19,837 nucleotides of DNA from Planctomycetota bacterium (GTDB lineage: Bacteria > Planctomycetota > B15-G4 > JADJEK01). Numbering within the stretch: position 1 is the stretch's first letter; every line of letters begins with the position of its first letter. Both the position numbers and the translations under genes were made by a program. The stretch lies in contig JBGAIQ010000080.1 of assembly GCA_044225365.1 (NCBI GenBank), positions 1 through 19,837 of the forward strand, in the 5' to 3' direction. A model generated the notes under the pieces. That model had not been told where the DNA came from. It ran no database searches and worked only from the letters and a program-made list of their open reading frames with translations. This document shows, piece after piece, positions 16,936 through 19,837 of the stretch.

Positions 16936-18546
16936 TCAGTGCTTCGCCTTCGTCTCCCGATCGACGAATTCGGGCATTTGAACGAGGAATCGGAAGTCGC
17001 GATCCTGGTGCAAGGACTCGAAGTCGTGAAAGCCGAGCGCGATCGCTTCGTCCAGCGATGCGATCGCTTGCGCTTTCCACGTCGCGACCCGGCTCGCATC
17101 CTTCGAGTCGGCGAGGGCGGCGAGGGCGGCGTAGACCGCTGCCGCGTCGCGCCGCGCTTCCTTCACGTTCGCGTAGCTCGATTCCAACTCCGCGACTCCC
17201 GCGATTGCCTCGTCGACGCGTCCGAGTCGCGCGTTGCTGTCGGCGAGGCTGTAGAGGTGGAACCGCAAGTGCAGTTTCACGATGTCGTCGTTGGGCATGG
17301 CGACGAGCGCCTTGCGTTCCTCGGCGACGGCTTGGATCAGATGCGTTCGCGCGGTCTCGTAGTCCTCGAGCGTGCGTTCGACTCGAGCGAGGTCGTGCAG
17401 TGCGCCCGCGAGATCCCGATGGATGAACGCCTGCTGCGGCCGTTTCGTGAGCGAGTTCTGCCACCAAAGCACGGCTTCCTTGCTCTCCTCGAGCGCGTGC
17501 TCGTAGTCCTTGCGACGCAGGTCGAGCTGTCCCAGGGCCTGAAGGGTTCGCGCGAGGTCGTCGGCGATGTCCATATCGTCCTTGAACCGAACGACCAGCC
17601 CTCGACTCGCTTCCACGGACGCGACCATCTCCTTGCGAGCTTCCTCGAGGCGGGTGGGATCGTTCCCCATCAGCATCCCCAGATCGGACACGATGCGGGG
17701 CAGATCGCGGCGATACTCCGCGACATCGGGGAAATCCTCGACCAGTTTCTTCTCGATCTCGATCGCCCGGCGAAGATTCGACTCCCCGTCGGGACCGAGA
17801 CCGAAGGTGCTGCTTCCGAGATCCATGAGCGCGCGCGCGTGATCGAAGCGGAATCGCGGTTCGTCCGGATACTTCGTCGTGAGCGACTCGAATTCGTCGG
17901 CGGCAGCGCGGTACTCGGCGCTCGATTTGGCGATCGCGACGCCCATGATCTCGAGTGCGATTCCAATGATCTGATGCGTCTTCGCCGATCGCGCGATGTG
18001 CTCGGGCGCGCTCGGTTCGAGTTCGGCGAGTTCGTCGTACAGCGATGCGGCATCGCGCAACGTATGCTCGGATTGCTTCACGTCGAGATCGAGCTGGAGT
18101 TCGCCCAGCTTGGCAAGGCAGTCCGCGAGTTCGGATTTCTCCGCCGCGGTTCCGTCCGAGCCTCGCGCCGTCGCGTCGAGCTTGGAAATCGCGGTCGTGA
18201 GGAGCGTTGCAGCATCCTTCGCGCGACCAAGGGACATGATGCTCTTCGCGAGTCCGCGCAGGCATCGCGCGGTGTCGAGCGCAATCGGTCGACTCTCGTG
18301 ATCCTCCCTCGTGATCCGATCGAGTTCGGTGAGCGCACGGCGATAACTCGCTTCGGCGCTCTTGGGATCGCCGAGCTGGCCCTCGAGATCGCCGACGCGC
18401 TGCATCACGCGCGCGGCGCGCTTTCGAACGGAGGGATCGTCGCTGCGTTCCTCGAGGAAGCCGCGATAGAAGTCGAGCGCCTGCTGCATGAGCTTCTTGC
18501 GCACGGGCTCCATGTGCGGGATGGTGCGCAGGTGCTCGGAGCCCAC
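16936..18546 (-). CDS. TPR-repeat C-terminal part of the second kinase paralog, separated by a frameshift
   Basis: From EVGSEHLRTIPHMEPVRKKL to GFHDFESLHQDRDFRFL it is colinear with the C-terminal half of the 13901-16888 kinase. An in-frame GTG at 18546 lies 1 nt after the upstream TGA; there is an ATG at 18513. Independent translation is unproven. Confidence 0.7.
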   Translation of the reverse strand: MGSEHLRTIPHMEPVRKKLMQQALDFYRGFLEERSDDPSVRKRAARVMQRVGDLEGQLGDPKSAEASYRRALTELDRITREDHESRPIALDTARCLRGLAKSIMSLGRAKDAATLLTTAISKLDATARGSDGTAAEKSELADCLAKLGELQLDLDVKQSEHTLRDAASLYDELAELEPSAPEHIARSAKTHQIIGIALEIMGVAIAKSSAEYRAAADEFESLTTKYPDEPRFRFDHARALMDLGSSTFGLGPDGESNLRRAIEIEKKLVEDFPDVAEYRRDLPRIVSDLGMLMGNDPTRLEEARKEMVASVEASRGLVVRFKDDMDIADDLARTLQALGQLDLRRKDYEHALEESKEAVLWWQNSLTKRPQQAFIHRDLAGALHDLARVERTLEDYETARTHLIQAVAEERKALVAMPNDDIVKLHLRFHLYSLADSNARLGRVDEAIAGVAELESSYANVKEARRDAAAVYAALAALADSKDASRVATWKAQAIASLDEAIALGFHDFESLHQDRDFRFLVQMPEFVDRETKAKH

Positions 18547-18547
18547 T

Positions 18548-19837
18548 TCAGTTCTTGTCGGCGATCTCCTTCTCGTTCTCGATGCGCTTCCTCGCATGGC
18601 GCTCCTGGAAGTAGAGCGCGGCGGGACCGACGGTGAGGAGGATCGAGCCGAGGACGAGACCGGTGGCGAGGGCGGGCTTGCGCTGGCAGAAGCGCGTGAA
18701 CTTGACGATGGGACCCGCACGCCGGGCGCGGATCGGATGGTGCTCGACGACGTTTCGCAGGTCGGTCGCGAGTTCGGCCGCGTTCCAGTATCGCCGTGAA
18801 GGATCGACCTCCATCGCCTTGAGACAGACGGTCTCGGCATCCTGCGAGATGGCGCGATTGCGCTCGCGCGGCGGGAGCGGATTGCCCTGGCCGATGCGCA
18901 GCAGGATCTCGTGGGTGGAATCGCCGCTGAACGGTGTGAACAGCGTGAACAGCTCGTAGAGCGTGACGCCGAGCGAGTAGACGTCGGTCCTTGCGTTGGG
19001 CTCCTGCGACTCGCCGCGCGCGTGCTCGGGCGGCATGTAGTGGACGGAGCCGAGCTGGCTTCCGGTGCGCGTCAAGCGATGGCTGCCCTCGCGGGCGGCG
19101 AGACCGAAGTCGAGTAGCATCGCGCGCCCATCGGGAGTGAGCATGATGTTCGAGGGCTTGATGTCGCGATGGACGACGCCGTGGCGATGGGCGTGGTCGA
19201 GCGCGAGCGCGATCTGCTCGCCGATGCGCAGGCAGGCGTCCTCGTACGAGCCGCGGAAGATCTCCGGGAGCGGCGCGTCCGGATTCGGTGCGATGGAGAG
19301 CGCGGTGTTCACCGCCGTCGCGATGTCGGAACCGCGCAATCGTTCGACGACCTTGGAATGCAGGCTGCGAACGATCACGTCGAGGGAGACGCCCTTCACG
19401 CGTTCCATCGCGAAGTACGGGATGCCGTTCTCTTCGCCGACGGTGTAGATCGGGACGATGCCGGGATGCTGGAGGCGCGCGATCGATTCGAACTCGCGAC
19501 GGAAGCGCTCGTGCGCACCTGGGAAGTAGAGCATGTCGGGGCGGATGAGCTTGAGCGCGACCTCGCGATCGAGCTTGTCCTGCTTCGCGAGATAGACGAC
19601 GCCCATGCCGCCGCCGCCGAGTTGACCGATGAGACGGAACTCGCCGAGCCGATCGGGGAAGGCGCCGGGCGCCGCGCCCTTGCCGGCTCCGAGCACGCCG
19701 ATCGCGATCAGCTCACCGATGCGCTTGCGGATGCGCGTGGCATGGGTCGGGTGCTCGGCGCAGATCGCCTCGACGGCGGTCGGCCCCTTCGATTCGTACT
19801 CGTCGAGACAGCGGACGAAGATGTCCTCGAAGTCGTT
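18548..19837 (-). CDS. Ser/Thr protein kinase domain plus TM helix (N-terminal part of the second paralog; start outside the window)
   Basis: Frame is open from the window end (NDFEDIFVRCLDEYESKGPTAVEAICAEHPTHATRIRKRIGEL...). GGGGMGVVY, VALK, HRDIKPSN, DFGLA, YMPPEH, TDVYSLG, TM LATGLVLGSILLTVGPAALYF, then a stop after IADKN. Confidence 0.88.
   Translation of the reverse strand, partial: NDFEDIFVRCLDEYESKGPTAVEAICAEHPTHATRIRKRIGELIAIGVLGAGKGAAPGAFPDRLGEFRLIGQLGGGGMGVVYLAKQDKLDREVALKLIRPDMLYFPGAHERFRREFESIARLQHPGIVPIYTVGEENGIPYFAMERVKGVSLDVIVRSLHSKVVERLRGSDIATAVNTALSIAPNPDAPLPEIFRGSYEDACLRIGEQIALALDHAHRHGVVHRDIKPSNIMLTPDGRAMLLDFGLAAREGSHRLTRTGSQLGSVHYMPPEHARGESQEPNARTDVYSLGVTLYELFTLFTPFSGDSTHEILLRIGQGNPLPPRERNRAISQDAETVCLKAMEVDPSRRYWNAAELATDLRNVVEHHPIRARRAGPIVKFTRFCQRKPALATGLVLGSILLTVGPAALYFQERHARKRIENEKEIADKN

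Larger units (their letters stand above)
16936..19837 (-). pseudogene. Frameshifted Ser/Thr kinase-TM-TPR gene (the two fragments above taken as one locus)
   Basis: The intact paralog reads KN-FGMALEAVDSMLT-DVGSEH; this copy reads AAG AAC T GAA GTG GGC, one base where the paralog has 39. It may be a real lesion or an assembly error. Confidence 0.7.

Noticed and set aside
16889-18265. 459-codon N-terminal extension making a 1454-aa kinase
   Set aside because: It is an Arg-rich off-frame read through the neighbouring TPR coding region. Homology with the paralog begins just after ATG 16888, and stop-free alternative frames are common at this GC content.
18540-18560. Programmed +1 frameshift at AAC-TGA-A (prfB-like)
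   Set aside because: AAC to ACT re-pairing is poor, no SD-like element lies at prfB-like spacing, and 13 codons present in the paralog are missing, which fits a deletion better.
18547-18840. N-terminus of the 634-aa ORF 16936-18840
   Set aside because: The Ser/Arg-rich segment is out of frame with the real kinase/TM sequence; paralog similarity starts only at EVGSEH.

Overview
High-GC bacterial chromosomal window (roughly two-thirds G+C by eye) holding about 12 genes. The membrane Ser/Thr kinase-TPR genes resemble those expanded in Planctomycetota, but the taxon is an inference. In order: a 5'-truncated alkaline-phosphatase-superfamily lipoprotein (+), gltX (-), a DUF2154/toast-rack-like lipoprotein (+), a REP/BIME-like repeat cluster, an M16 (PqqL-like) zinc protease (-), a secreted NHL/beta-propeller protein (+), an NYN-LOTUS protein with an extra C-terminal domain (+), a small and very basic AroQ chorismate mutase (-) head-to-head with a large U32 (RlhA-like) Fe-S hydroxylase (+), an MmcQ/YjbR protein (+), a second REP-like tandem array, and two tandem Ser/Thr kinase-TM-TPR paralogs (-), the upstream one broken by an apparent 38-nt deletion. 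I recognised no rRNA, tRNA, CRISPR array or transposase. Best leads: (1) a prephenate-producing enzyme divergently paired with a prephenate-dependent U32 hydroxylase; (2) one REP hairpin family at two loci about 10 kb apart with a compensatory base-pair swap; (3) a kinase split just after its membrane anchor.
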